From Prasinococcaceae sp. CCMP 1430 (Eukaryota > Plantae > Prasinodermophyta), in assembly GCA_013416795.1 (NCBI GenBank), contig RQSC01000006.1:196533-254412 (forward strand): a stretch of DNA of 57,880 nucleotides. Reading direction: 5' to 3'. This document shows, one piece after another, positions 47,231 through 57,880 of the stretch (positions are counted from its first letter, which is position 1; each line of letters opens with the position of its first letter). The notes below the pieces were generated by a model that saw only the letters and a list, made by a program, of their open reading frames with translations, was not told where the DNA came from and ran no database searches. The translations under genes were made by a program, and so were the position numbers.

Positions 47231-47672
47231 GTGTGCCTGCGGCGGTCGTTTGCCCGCGCGTTCATATTCGCGTGTCGGTTGGGCCACGCTTGCGCTCGCT
47301 CGCGCGCGCGCGCGAGCTGCGCGCGTCGTCTGGTTGCGGAGCGCGCTCTCACACACGCGCACGCGCTCTCGCGCGCGCACATGCGCGCCAACGCGTGCCC
47401 GCGCGCACCCGCGCGCCGCAGGTCTTCCTCCAGCTCGGCTGCAAGATCAAGAAGGTCGAGGTCGAGGACATGATCTGGGAGGTCGACGAGGACATCGACA
47501 AGTGCGTCAGCTGGTCCGAGTTTCAGCAGATGTACCACCGATGCAGGCAGGACAAGGTACGCGCGCGCGCCGCTCGCCTCGGGCGTGCTGCGCGTGCACA
47601 CGCTCGACCCTGACGGATCCGTCTCGCACGCCGCCACACACACACACACGCACACACACACACACACACACG

Positions 47673-47743
<71 letters not shown>

Positions 47744-48324
47744 CAACACACACACGCGCACGCACGCACGCACCCGCGCTCCTTTTCCCAGACGGGCTAC
47801 GAGCCTCGCCGCCTGTACAACGTGGTCGAGTTCCTCATGACCGACAAGGACGACAGCGGGGCGGTGTCCGTGGAGGAGGCCATGCGCGTGCTGTACCTGC
47901 GGCACGGCAAGGCCGACCTCGACGAGCACCTCACCGAGCTCTTCGGACACGCGGACATGAACTCGGAGAAGGTGCGTGTGCGCGCGCGTGCGTGCGAGCG
48001 CGTGCACACACGTGTGTGTGTGTGTGTTTACGCATCCGTTCGCGTGTGTGGATGCGTATGCGCGTGCGCGAGCGCACACGCACACGCGCGCATGCGCACG
48101 CCGACACTCGCTCACTCGCACACACACACACACACACGCACGTACACACACACGCACACACACACGCACACACACACACACGTCAGGACCTGAGCCTCAC
48201 CGAGTTCCTGCACGCGCTGAACGTCATCCAGGTCAAGATGCTGATGCGCAACAAGGCCAACACCAAGAACTACAAGCCGCCCTTGCCCGGCGGCAGCAGC
48301 AAGGCGAAGAAGGGGCTGCGCTGA
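47033..48324 (+). CDS. Calmodulin-like EF-hand protein, 4+ exons; start not located
   Basis: EF-hand loops [24 protein letters not shown] and [12 protein letters not shown], plus MIWEVDED and [15 protein letters not shown]. Confidence 0.8.
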
Positions 48325-48678
48325 GGGCCGAGGCGGGCGCGCGCGCGCGCGCGCGCAGCCGCCGCGCTATGGAGTAACGCCGCGCGCACGCGCAGCGCGG
48401 AGGAGACGACAGCGCCGCGCGCGCGGCGGACGGCGCGCGTGCGCGCGTGTGCGTGTGTGTGGCTGCCTGTGTGCGTGGCTGCGTGTGTGTACGTGCGCTG
48501 GTATGTGACGCACTGCTCGTGCGCACCTCCGAGCCATTGCGCTGGCGTGTGCGCCTGTGGGCGTGCGCGTGCACGTCCGTGCACGTTGCACACTCCTGCG
48601 ACACACACACACACACATACACACACGTTGCACGCAGACCAGCACGCGCGCACACGCTTTGAACATAGACGAGCACAC

Positions 48679-48736
<58 letters not shown>

Positions 48737-49574
48737 GCACACACACACACACATGCACGCGCACACACACACACACACTCGCACACACACGCGCACACAC
48801 ACGCACACACACGCCCGCGCATGGCGTCGCGTCGGACCCTCAATAAACCCTTTTCAAAAGTAACCCCAAACACGAACCTAAACCCCATTGACGCGGCTCG
48901 CACGTGCGCCTGCCGTTGGCGGCACGTGGCAATTCCCACGGAAATCGAATTGTACCTCGTTTACATTCCACAATACATCACAAACGACGGAAACGCGCGC
49001 ACATTACACACATTTGTAAAATGGATCCCCAGCAGCTGCTGCGGCACGTCACGCGACGACGCGGAGGTTCACGTTTGAACCAAATCCTCCCATTCCGCGT
49101 TTTTAGTACTTCATTACAACCAATGTGATATCTAACGACGCGCGTCGTCTGAATCGGCGCAGTTGTAGCCGCGTATCGGCGCGACGACGGGGGGCGGGGG
49201 GCGGGGCGCCCGCGCGCGCGCGCGACGGGTTCCACATTTTCCAGTATTTCTGTGGATTATATGCAATATCCACCTTCGGGTGTGTAAGGTTATAGTACAT
49301 CTAAAAAGCCAAGAATGGATTCCATTTTATGAATGGATTCCATTTGAAATGAGGGGGGAAGCGCGCGGGGCGGTGCTGCGGGCAGGAGCGGCGATGAGCA
49401 TTCCCACGCGCCCACTGCGCGCAGCTGCAGTCCTCTTGCCATTCGATTCAGCTCGGAAGGAAACGTGCACGTCACCCAGCACAGCGGCCACGCAGCGCTC
49501 TGCTCCATTCAGAGGCACCGAAAGTGCAAGCAGCGGCGTGGACAGCGCCAGTGCCAGCGTATTCGCCTTGGCGN

Positions 49575-49606
<32 letters not shown>

Positions 49607-50020
49607 GTCACACACTCCACGCCCCTGCCACGCTCGCGCGTTCGCAGCGCGCTCGGGGGGGACCGGCTGCTCCCACAAACCCAAACCCACCCGCCGCGCA
49701 TTTAGGGTCGACACGCCCGCGCATCAGGGTCTGCATTCATTAGGGCTTTGGCACGTGGGCGGCTCGGCTTGACGGCGAGATGCGCGTAAGGCTGTTTCAA
49801 ATCACCACATCACGCGGTTTTGATGTCAATATTACATATATTTTTAATTAGACGGTGATGAAATGAAAGCTGGCCCGTCGATGGCTGAGATCTGCTCTGC
49901 CATGCGCGTGTGAGCGTGTGTGCGTACCACCCACGCGCGTGTGTGTGTGCGTGCGCGCGCGTGTGTGTGCGTGTGTGCGTGTGTGTGTGCGATCGCGTGC
50001 ACGCGCTGGCGCGCGCGCAG

Positions 50021-50305
50021 CTGTGGTACTTCGACCGCCTGCGCGCGCGCGAGGAGATCCGCAAGGAGTGCGAGGAGCTCGGCATCGACGTCAAGTCGAT
50101 GGGCATCGAGCGCAAGGACCAGCTGCGCTACCTGCGCGACGCGGTGAGGGGCGGGCAGACCGCCGACCAGGCGATGGAGGCCGTCGCGGAGGCGGCCTTC
50201 ATCAGCGCGGTCAAGTTCGGCGGCATCTACGAGGTCACCAAGTGGAGGAAGTGGTTCGAGGACAGGGGAAAGTCGCCGCCAAACCCGAGTAAACCACGCC
50301 AGTGA
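50021..50305 (+). CDS. Terminal exon of a hypothetical protein
   Basis: CAG acceptor at 50018-50020, then codon-biased LWYFDRLRAREEIRKECEELGIDV...KPRQ*. Upstream exons were not resolved. Confidence 0.55.
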   Translation: MWYFDRLRAREEIRKECEELGIDVKSMGIERKDQLRYLRDAVRGGQTADQAMEAVAEAAFISAVKFGGIYEVTKWRKWFEDRGKSPPNPSKPRQ

Positions 50306-50879
50306 CGCGTCCCGTGTGTGCTGCGAGGCTGTGGCGATGGTGTGTGTGTGTGTGTGTTTGTGTGTGCGGAGAGGCGGGGCACGTGCGGTCTTGCGGTCGG
50401 CGTCGCCGTCTCCCTCTCTCATTCTCGTCCGCGCGCGCGCTCGCTCCCGGCGTGAACGCCAACCGCGCGTCCCCCAACCTCTTCCGTCCCCGCGCCCACG
50501 GTCGCGAGCTGCGGGGCATCGCGCGCACTCGCCTCCCACCCACGCTGCCGCACGTGAGCACACACCAGCACGCCCACGCGCCAGCGCAACACAAGCAGCC
50601 CGAGCGCGCGCCGGCGCGTCCGTCCGTCCGCCCGTCCGCCTGTCTAGACTAGAAACAGTAGGTCGTTATAACAGAAATGCGCGCGCAGTCCCTTCATCGT
50701 TCGCTCCTCGCATTCGCTCTCTGCCGCACCAATCGCTCGCGAGGGGGAAATTGTGTGTGTGTGCCGTCCGTGCAATCGTCCGCGCGTGCGCTCGCTCGTT
50801 CGCGGGCGGCGCCCCCGCCGCCATCGCGAACGCGCGCACACAAGGCGCGCGCGCTTCGTGCCGACGCGCGGCACCTTCT

Positions 50880-53800
50880 TCAGGCGCGCGCGCCGCTGGG
50901 GTCGAGGCTGTCGCGCGAGCGCCTCCTCGCGGCGCCCGCGCCCCTGTCGCCGTTGCTCGCATTGCGCCTGCCGCGCGTCATGACGTTGCTCCCCATCCCG
51001 ATGGCCTCGGCGCCCTCCTTGTCGAGGCCGTCCAGGTAGCTGCCGACGGAGCGGGCGGCGCCGCGGCCCTCGGCAATGGCCCACACCACGAGGCTCTGGC
51101 CGCGGCGGCAGTCGCCCGCGGTGAACACGCCCTCCACCGCCGTGGCGAACTCGCCGTAGGTGGCCTTGTAGTTGGTGCGCGCGTCCAGGCCGACGCCGAG
51201 CGCCTTGGCGACGACGTCCTCGGGGCCCAAAAAGCCCATGGCGAGCAGCGCGAGGTCGCACTCGAAGTGCTCCTCGCTGCCCTCGACCTCGACCATGCGC
51301 GGGCGCCCGCCGGGCACGTCGGCCGGCAGCCACTCAACGCGCACCGTGTCGATGCCCACCAGCGCGCCCGTGCCCTCGTCGCGCACGAAGCGCTTAGTGA
51401 GCACCTCGTACGAGCGCGGGTCGGCGCCGTCGCGCGCCGTGGCCTCGGCGTGGCCGTAGTCCACCTTGAAGGTGCGCGGGTACTGAGGCCACGGGTTCTT
51501 GACGTCGTCGCGCGCCTCCGGCGCCTGCGGCATGAGCTCGAAGTTGACCAGGCTGTCGCAGCCGTGGCGCAGCGCGGTGCCGATGCAGTCCGTGCCCGTG
51601 TCGCCGCCGCCGATGACCACCACCTTCTTGCCCTTGGCGCTGAGCTCCTTGCCGTCGGTGAGATTCGAGTCGAGCAGGCTCTTGGTGTTGGCCTTGAGGA
51701 ACTCCATGGCGAAGTGCACGCCGTCGCCCTCGCGGCCCTCCACCGGCAGGTCGCGCGGGCGCGTGGCGCCGACCGCCAGCACGAGCGCGTCGTGCGACGC
51801 GTGCAGCGCGTCCAGCGCGTACCGCTCGTCGCCGCCGACGTTGGCGTTGGTGACGAAGCGCACGCCCTCCTCCGCCATGAGGTCCACGCGGCGCTGGACG
51901 ACGTTCACCTTGTCCGCCTTGGGGTTGGGCACGCCGTACATCATGAGGCCGCCCACGCGGTCGTCGCGCTCGTACACCGTCACCATGTGGCCCGCGCGGT
52001 TGAGCTCGTCGGCGGCGGCGAGCCCCGCCGGGCCCGAGCCGATGATGCCCACGCTGCGCCCCGACCGCACCAGCGGCGGGCGGGGCACCATCCAGCCCTT
52101 CTCGAAGCCCATGTCGATGATGGTGCACTCGATGGACTTGATGGACACGGGGTCCTCGATGATGCCCAGCGTGCACGCGCCCTCGCACGGCGCGGGGCAC
52201 ACGCGCCCGGTGAACTCGGGGAAGTTGTTGGTCTCCAGCAGGCGCTCGAGCGCGTCGCGCCAGCGGCCCTGGTGCACGAGCGCGTTCCACTCGGGGATCT
52301 TGTTGCCCAGCGGGCAGCCGCTCTTCTCGGGGTGGTGCGTGAGCGCGCTCGCCTCGGAGTGCGACGTGCTCTGGCAGTACGGCGTGCCGCAGTCCATGCA
52401 GCGGGCGGCCTGCGAGTGCAGCTGCGAGTGGAGCTCCTCGCCGGCCAGCGGCTCGGAGCTCGAGGCGCTCGAGGCGGTGCGCACGACCTCCTCCCAGTCG
52501 TTGAGGCGCTCGGTGGCGTCGCGGTACGGCAGTCCCTTGCGGGCGATCTCAAGGAAGCCCCGGCGCTTGTCGGCGGTGCCCACGGGCACCACGTCGGGCA
52601 GGGGGTGCTGCTCGCGCGACCGCCGGGCGGCGTCCTTGATCTCGTGCAGCTTACCGTAGCCGCCGGCGAGGGCGATGCGCTTGAGCTCCTCGAAGGCGTC
52701 CACGCCGCGGTTGGCCATCTCGGCGGCGGCCTCCTCGACGAGCCGCTCCGCCTCGGCCTCGGCGAGCGCGCGCTTGTAGTCGCGCGGCGCCACCTTGACG
52801 AAGTGGCGGACGGAGGCGACCCAATCATCCAGCACCTCCGCCGCCAGCGTGGAGCCCGTGCGCTCGAGGTGGGTCTCCACCATGGTGCGCACGGTGGCCA
52901 CGTCCTCCGCCGAGGCCTCGGCGAGCGGCTCGAGGTCGACCGTCTCCATGTTGCAGCGCGCGGGGAACTCGCGCTTGGGGTCGTACACGAACGCCCAGCC
53001 GCCCGACATGCCCGCCGCGAAGTTCTTGCCCGTGGGGCCGAGCACGACCAGCACGCCGCCGGTCATGTACTCGGCGCCGTGATCGCCGACGCCCTCCACC
53101 ACCGCGCGCGCGCCGCTATTGCGCACGGCGAAGCGCTCGGCCGCCAGCCCGCTGAAGTACGCCTCGCCGGCCGTCGCGCCGTACAGGGCGGCGTTGCCGA
53201 CGATGACGTTGCGCCTGGCCTCGTACAGCACGCCCTTGGGCGGGTACACCACCACGCGCCCGCCGCTGAGCCCCTTGCCCACGTAGTCGTTGGCGTCGCC
53301 CTCCAGGTCGAACTCGATGCCGTTCGCGAGCCAGACGGCGAACGACTGCCCGCCGTGGCCGCTGAAGCGCACGCTGATCGTGCCGTCGGGCAGCCCCTTG
53401 CGGCCGTAGCGCTTCGACACCTCGTAGCTGAGCATGGCGCCCGCCGCGCGGTCCTCGTTGCCGATCGGGAAGCCGAAGCTAGCCCGTACGTTGCCGCCGC
53501 CCTCGAGGGCGCCCGCGCAGCGCGCGATGAGGTAGTTGTCGATGTGCGTCTCGATCGAGTGGTCCTGCACCTCGCTCTTGTGCTGCGGCGCGGCCGCGTC
53601 GATCGCGCTCGCAGGCAGCAGGAGCGCGCTGAGGTCCACCCCGGCGAGCTTGGCGTTGGACGCGATGAGCTCGTGGTTGGGCTCGAGCAGGTCCGCTCGG
53701 CCCACCATCTCGTCGATGGTGCGGAAGCCCAGCTCGGCCATGATCTCGCGCAGCGACTCCGCCAGCAGGTAGAAGAAGGTGACGACGTTCTCGGGCGTGC

Positions 53801-56800
53801 CCTCGAACTTGGCGCGCAGCTCGGGGTCCTGCGTGGCGATGCCCACCGGGCACGTGTTCGTGTGGCACTTGCGCATCATGACGCAGCCCATGGCGATGAG
53901 GGGGGCGGTGGCGAAGCCGAACTCCTCCGCGCCGAGCAGCGCGGCGATGGCGACGTCGCGCGCGGTCTTGAGCTGCCCGTCCGTCTGCACGGCCGCGCGG
54001 CCGCGCAGGCCGTTGGCCACCAGCGCCTGGTGCGTCTCGGCGAGGCCGATCTCCCACGGGCAGCCCGCGCTCTTGATGCCCGTCCACTTGCTCGCGCCGG
54101 TGCCGCCGTCGTGTCCAGAGATGAGCACGTGGTCGGCCTTGGCCTTGACCACGCCGCACGCCACCACGCCGACGCCCGTCTCGGACACCAGCTTCACCGA
54201 CACGTCCGCCTTCGGGTTGGAGAACTTGAGGTCATAGATGAGCTGCGCGAGGTCCTCGATCGAGTAGATGTCGTGGTGCGGCGGCGGCGAGATGAGGCCC
54301 ACCCCGGGCGTCGAGCCGCGCGTGGCCGCGATGTCGCCCTTGACCTTGCTGCCGGGCAGCTCGCCGCCCTCGCCGGGCTTGGCGCCCTGCGCCATCTTGA
54401 TCTGCAGCTGGTCGGCGTTGGCCAGGTAGTAGCTCGTCACGCCGAAGCGCCCGCTCGCCACCTGCTTGATGGCGGAGCGCTGGCGGTTGTGCGAGCCGTC
54501 CGCCTGCGGCACGAGGCGCCTGGGGTTCTCGCCGCCCTCGCCGGTGTTGGACTTGCCGCCGATCTCGTTCATGGCCTCGGCGAGCGTGGAGTGCGCCTCG
54601 AGCGAGATGGAGCCGTAGCTCATCGCGCCCGTGCAGAAGCGCTTCATGATGTCGGCCACGGGCTCGACCTCGGAGATGTCCACCGAGGCGGCGTACTCGG
54701 ACTTGAAGCGCAGCAGCCCGCGAAGCGTCACCGCCTCGTTGAGCCTGTTGATCAGCTTCGAGTACTCGGCGAAGGCGTGCTTGCCCTCCGCGGCGTCGGC
54801 GGCGCGCACCGCCTTCTGCAGCAGCGCGACGCTCGCCGGGTCGTTCAGGTGCACCTCGGCGTCGGGCCCGCTGCGCGAGTGGAGCTCGCCGAAGGACGCC
54901 AGCGTGCCGCTGCCGGCGGCGACGGCGGCGCTGGCGGCGGCCCCGTAGCCCATCGCGTGCAGCCTGAGCGCGTCGGTGGCCAGCGCGTCCAGCGACGCTC
55001 CCGCCAGCCGGGACACGGTGTTGGGGAAGCACAGCTCGATGACGTCGGGCGCGAGCCCCACCGCCTCGAAGATCTGCGCGCCCTTGTACGAGGCCAGCGT
55101 GCTGATGCCCATCTTGGACATCACCTTGAGCATGCCCGCGCTCGCGGCGCTGAAGTAGTTGGCGGCGAGCGCGTCCGTGTCGGCCGCGTCGGTGCTGGGG
55201 CCGAGGCGGCCGTCCGTGGCGAGCGCCGCGGCGGCCTCGAGCGCCAGGTAGGGGCAGATGGCGTCGACGCCAAAGCCCACGAGCGTGCAGAAATGGTGCA
55301 CCTCGCGCGCCTCGGCGGTCTCCAGCACGAGGCCCACGCGCGTGCGCTGGCGCGCGCGCACCAGGTGCGCGTGCGCGGCGCCGACGGCGAGCAGCGCGGG
55401 CACGGCCACGCGCTCGTCGTCCTGCGCGCGGTCGGTGAGCACCACCACCGTGTGGCCGTCGTCGACGGCGGCGCTGCACTCGCGCGCGACGCGCTCGAGC
55501 GCCGCCTTGAGCCCCGCGGGGCCCTCCTTGACCGGCCACGTCGTGTCGACCTCGGCGGTCGACCAGCCGTTGCGGTCGAGGCTGAGCACCTGCTCGAGCT
55601 CGCCGAGCGTCAGCAGCGGGCGGTCGAGCTCGAGGCGCGCCGCCTGCTCGGCGGTGGCGCTGCCCAGGTCGCCCTCGGGGCCGATCGGGCAGCGGAGCGA
55701 CGTGATCACCGCCTCGCGGATGGGGTCGATGGGCGGGTTCGTCACCTGCGCGAAGCGCTGCTTGAGGTACTCGTACACCAGCTTGGGGCGCTCGGAGATG
55801 AGCGCCAGCGGCGCGTCGTTCCCCATCGAGCCCAGCGCCTCGACGCCCCCGGCGGCCATGGGGCGCAGCATGGTGTCGAGCGTCTCGTTGGTGTACCCCG
55901 CCGCGCGCAGCTGCGGCAGCAGCGCCTTGACGCCGGCCTCGCCCGCCGCGCGCATCGAGCCCACCATGGACGCCTGCACGCGCGGCGGCGGCAGGTCCTT
56001 CAGCGAGAACATGTTGGCGGCCACCCAGCGCGCGTACGGCCGCTGCGCGGCGATGCGCGCCTTGATCTCCTTGTCGTCCACCAGGCGCCCCTCGCTGAAG
56101 TCGATCAGGAAGAGGTTGCCCGGCTGGAGGCGGCCCTTGCGCACGATGGTGTCCTCGGGCACGTCGACGACGCCCACCTCGGAGGACATGACCACGCGCC
56201 CGGAGGCCGTCTCGTAGTAGCGCCCCGGCCGCAGGCCGTTGCGGTCGAGGCTGGCGCCCGCCAGGTGGCCGTCGGTGAACGCCACGAGCGCCGGCCCGTC
56301 CCAGGGCTCCATGAGCGCCGAGTTGTAGCGGTAGAAGGCGCGCCTGTCGGCGTCCATCGCGCCGTCGTTCTGCCAGGCCTCGGGGATCATCAGCATCATC
56401 ACCTCGGGCAGCGAGCGGCCCGTGAGGTGCAGCAGCTCCATGACGTTGTCGTAGTTCCCCGAGTCCGAGGTGGAGGGGTCGCAGATGGGGAAGAGCGTCT
56501 CGACGTCGCCGCGGTCCACGCCGAGCGCCGCCCAGGGCTGCTCCATGACGCCCTCGCGCGCGGTCATCCAGTTGGCGTTGCCGCGCAGCGTGTTGATCTC
56601 GCCGTTGTGGCACATCAGGCGGAAGGGCTGCGCGCGGTCCCAGCTGGGCACGGTGTTGGTCGAGAAGCGGCTGTGCACCATGCACAGGTGGCTCTCGAAC
56701 TCCTCGTCGCGCACGTCGGCGTAGTAGGCGCTGATCTGGTCGGCGCGCAGCTGGCCCTTGTACGTGATGGTGTCCGCGGAGAGCGACACCACGTAGAAGT

Positions 56801-57556
56801 CCTGCGGCATCGAGGGCGGCGGCGCCGCGTCGCCGCGGCGCGCCTTGACGCGCAGCGTGACCACCTTGCGCAGCATGAACATCTGCTGGTCGGTGGAGAG
56901 GCGCCCGCGCGTGCCGCGCGCGGCGGGGCGCAGGAAGACCTGCGCGATGTGCGGCTCGACGGAGCGCGCCGAGGCGCCGAGGCCCAGGTTGTTGGTGGGC
57001 ACGTCGCGCCAGCCCAGCACGGCGCAGCCGAGCTCGGTGGCGACCGCCTCGAAGTCGGCGACGCACGCCGCGCGCTCGTCGGCGTCCGTGGGCAGGAAGA
57101 GCATGCCCACGGCGTAGTCGGGCGCCTCCTTCTCGAGGTCGGCGATGCCCACGTCGCGGCGCGCGACCTTGGCCATGAACTTGCGCGGCATGGCGACGAT
57201 CATCCCCGCGCCGTCGCCCGAGTTCTCCTCGCAGCCGCAGCCGCCGCGGTGCTGCATGCGCGCGAGCATCTCGAGCGCGTCGACGACGCACGCGCGCGTG
57301 GGCGTGCGCGAGAGCTCGCCCAGGATGCCCACGCCGCACGCGTCGGTGTCCATCGCCGGGTCGTACAGGCCGCGCTCCGCGCCGCCGCCGCTGTGGCCGC
57401 ACACTCGGCGCCCCGCGCGCGAGGTGCGGTGTGGCGCCCGCACGCGCGCGCGCGCGCGCACACATACCGCCAAAAAAACGACGCAAAAATCGCCGCGCAA
57501 ATATCTCCGCGCGGATCTTTTCGCCGCGCGCAAACGCGTCGCGAATGCGCAAACAT
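50880..57556 (-). CDS. GLT1: NADH-dependent glutamate synthase (fused alpha+beta, NADH-GOGAT), ~2200 aa
   Basis: GLYDP...DACGVG (Ntn Cys), HRGGCG...[72 protein letters not shown], and the beta domain CMDCGTPYC...[21 protein letters not shown]. The 5' end is tentative: ATG at 57556 with a 77-nt intron 57467-57391 gives a correct phase; otherwise the start is further upstream. Confidence 0.97.
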
Positions 57557-57683
57557 TACTCCGTGAAATATTTGAAGTCTGGTCGGAATGCACTCAATAA
57601 AAGCGCGGAAGCGATGAAAAGGGCGCCTGTGGCGCGCGTTCGACGCGGGGCCTTTTGGCCTTTCGAACGCCGCTTTCCGCCGC

Positions 57684-57728
57684 TTCGCCGCGTCGGCGGC
57701 GAACCGCTTTTTTTTTTTTTTTTTTTTA
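57684..57728 (+). other. 8-bp GC stem-loop followed by a T21 tract
   Basis: TTCGCCGC-GTCG-GCGGCGAA, then CCGC and 21 T. Confidence 0.5.
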
Positions 57729-57880
57729 AGGAGGCGGCTCGGCGACGGCGTCGCCGACGGCGTCGGCGGCGACGACGGCGGCCTCGCCGACGGCGAGGGC
57801 GGCCTCCCGGACCGGGCGATGGGCGTGGCGACGCACGGCCTCCCTCCCTCCGTCGATCCCTCCCTCCCTCCCGCCGCCTC

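Noticed and set aside
15260-48940. Many ORFs rich in HTHTHT or VCVCVC
   Set aside because: Translations of (CA)n/(TG)n intronic and intergenic microsatellites. Only the larC His tract was kept, because it is in frame between conserved motifs and contains non-repeat codons.
50316-57566. 2416-aa plus-strand ORF and the 1106-aa minus-strand ORF 54232-57552
   Set aside because: Antisense and alternate-frame shadows of GLT1, caused by high GC and scarce stop codons; no domain motifs.
57684-57728. Bacterial rho-independent terminator
   Set aside because: The shape fits, but the window is eukaryotic nuclear DNA and no bacterial gene ends there; kept only as an unexplained structure.
1-57880. tRNA, rRNA or intact transposase/reverse transcriptase genes
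   Set aside because: No cloverleaf, rRNA-like segment or DDE/RT/integrase motifs recognised by eye; a tRNAscan/Infernal/RepeatModeler run would be needed to exclude them fully.

Overview
Very GC-rich eukaryotic nuclear DNA with spliceosomal introns. It is most consistent with a green alga (three-helix ELIP, plant-type endo-beta-mannosidase, PH-DGAT1, TTTAGGG-like motifs). A prasinophyte-grade, Prasinoderma-like species is a guess only. About 20 protein-coding genes are recognisable: ESS2-like (partial), GH2 endo-beta-mannosidase, class 3 lipase, PHPT1/Janus, a secreted knottin/Cys-repeat/EGF protein, ELIP, a bacterial-type SAM methyltransferase, monothiol glutaredoxin (partial), a 14-repeat FG-GAP protein, PH-DGAT1, a sulfotransferase, a Rubisco-LSMT-like SET protein, a PDS/ZDS-superfamily flavoprotein, an RI-type LRR protein, LarC (nickel-pincer cofactor nickel insertase, N-terminal part), CFAP52, an EF-hand protein and NADH-GOGAT, plus several orphans. 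Introns and spacers are filled with (TG)n/(CA)n microsatellites, and there are three N gaps. Most ORFs in the supplied track are microsatellite read-throughs or antisense shadows. The most notable items are a eukaryotic, intron-containing larC with an in-frame Asp-rich/His-rich insert and no C-terminal domain; introns built as 5'-(GT)n...(AC)n-3'; and two introns in unrelated genes that share a non-repetitive core (Introner-like). Exon boundaries were read by eye, and family assignments come from recalled motifs, not database searches.
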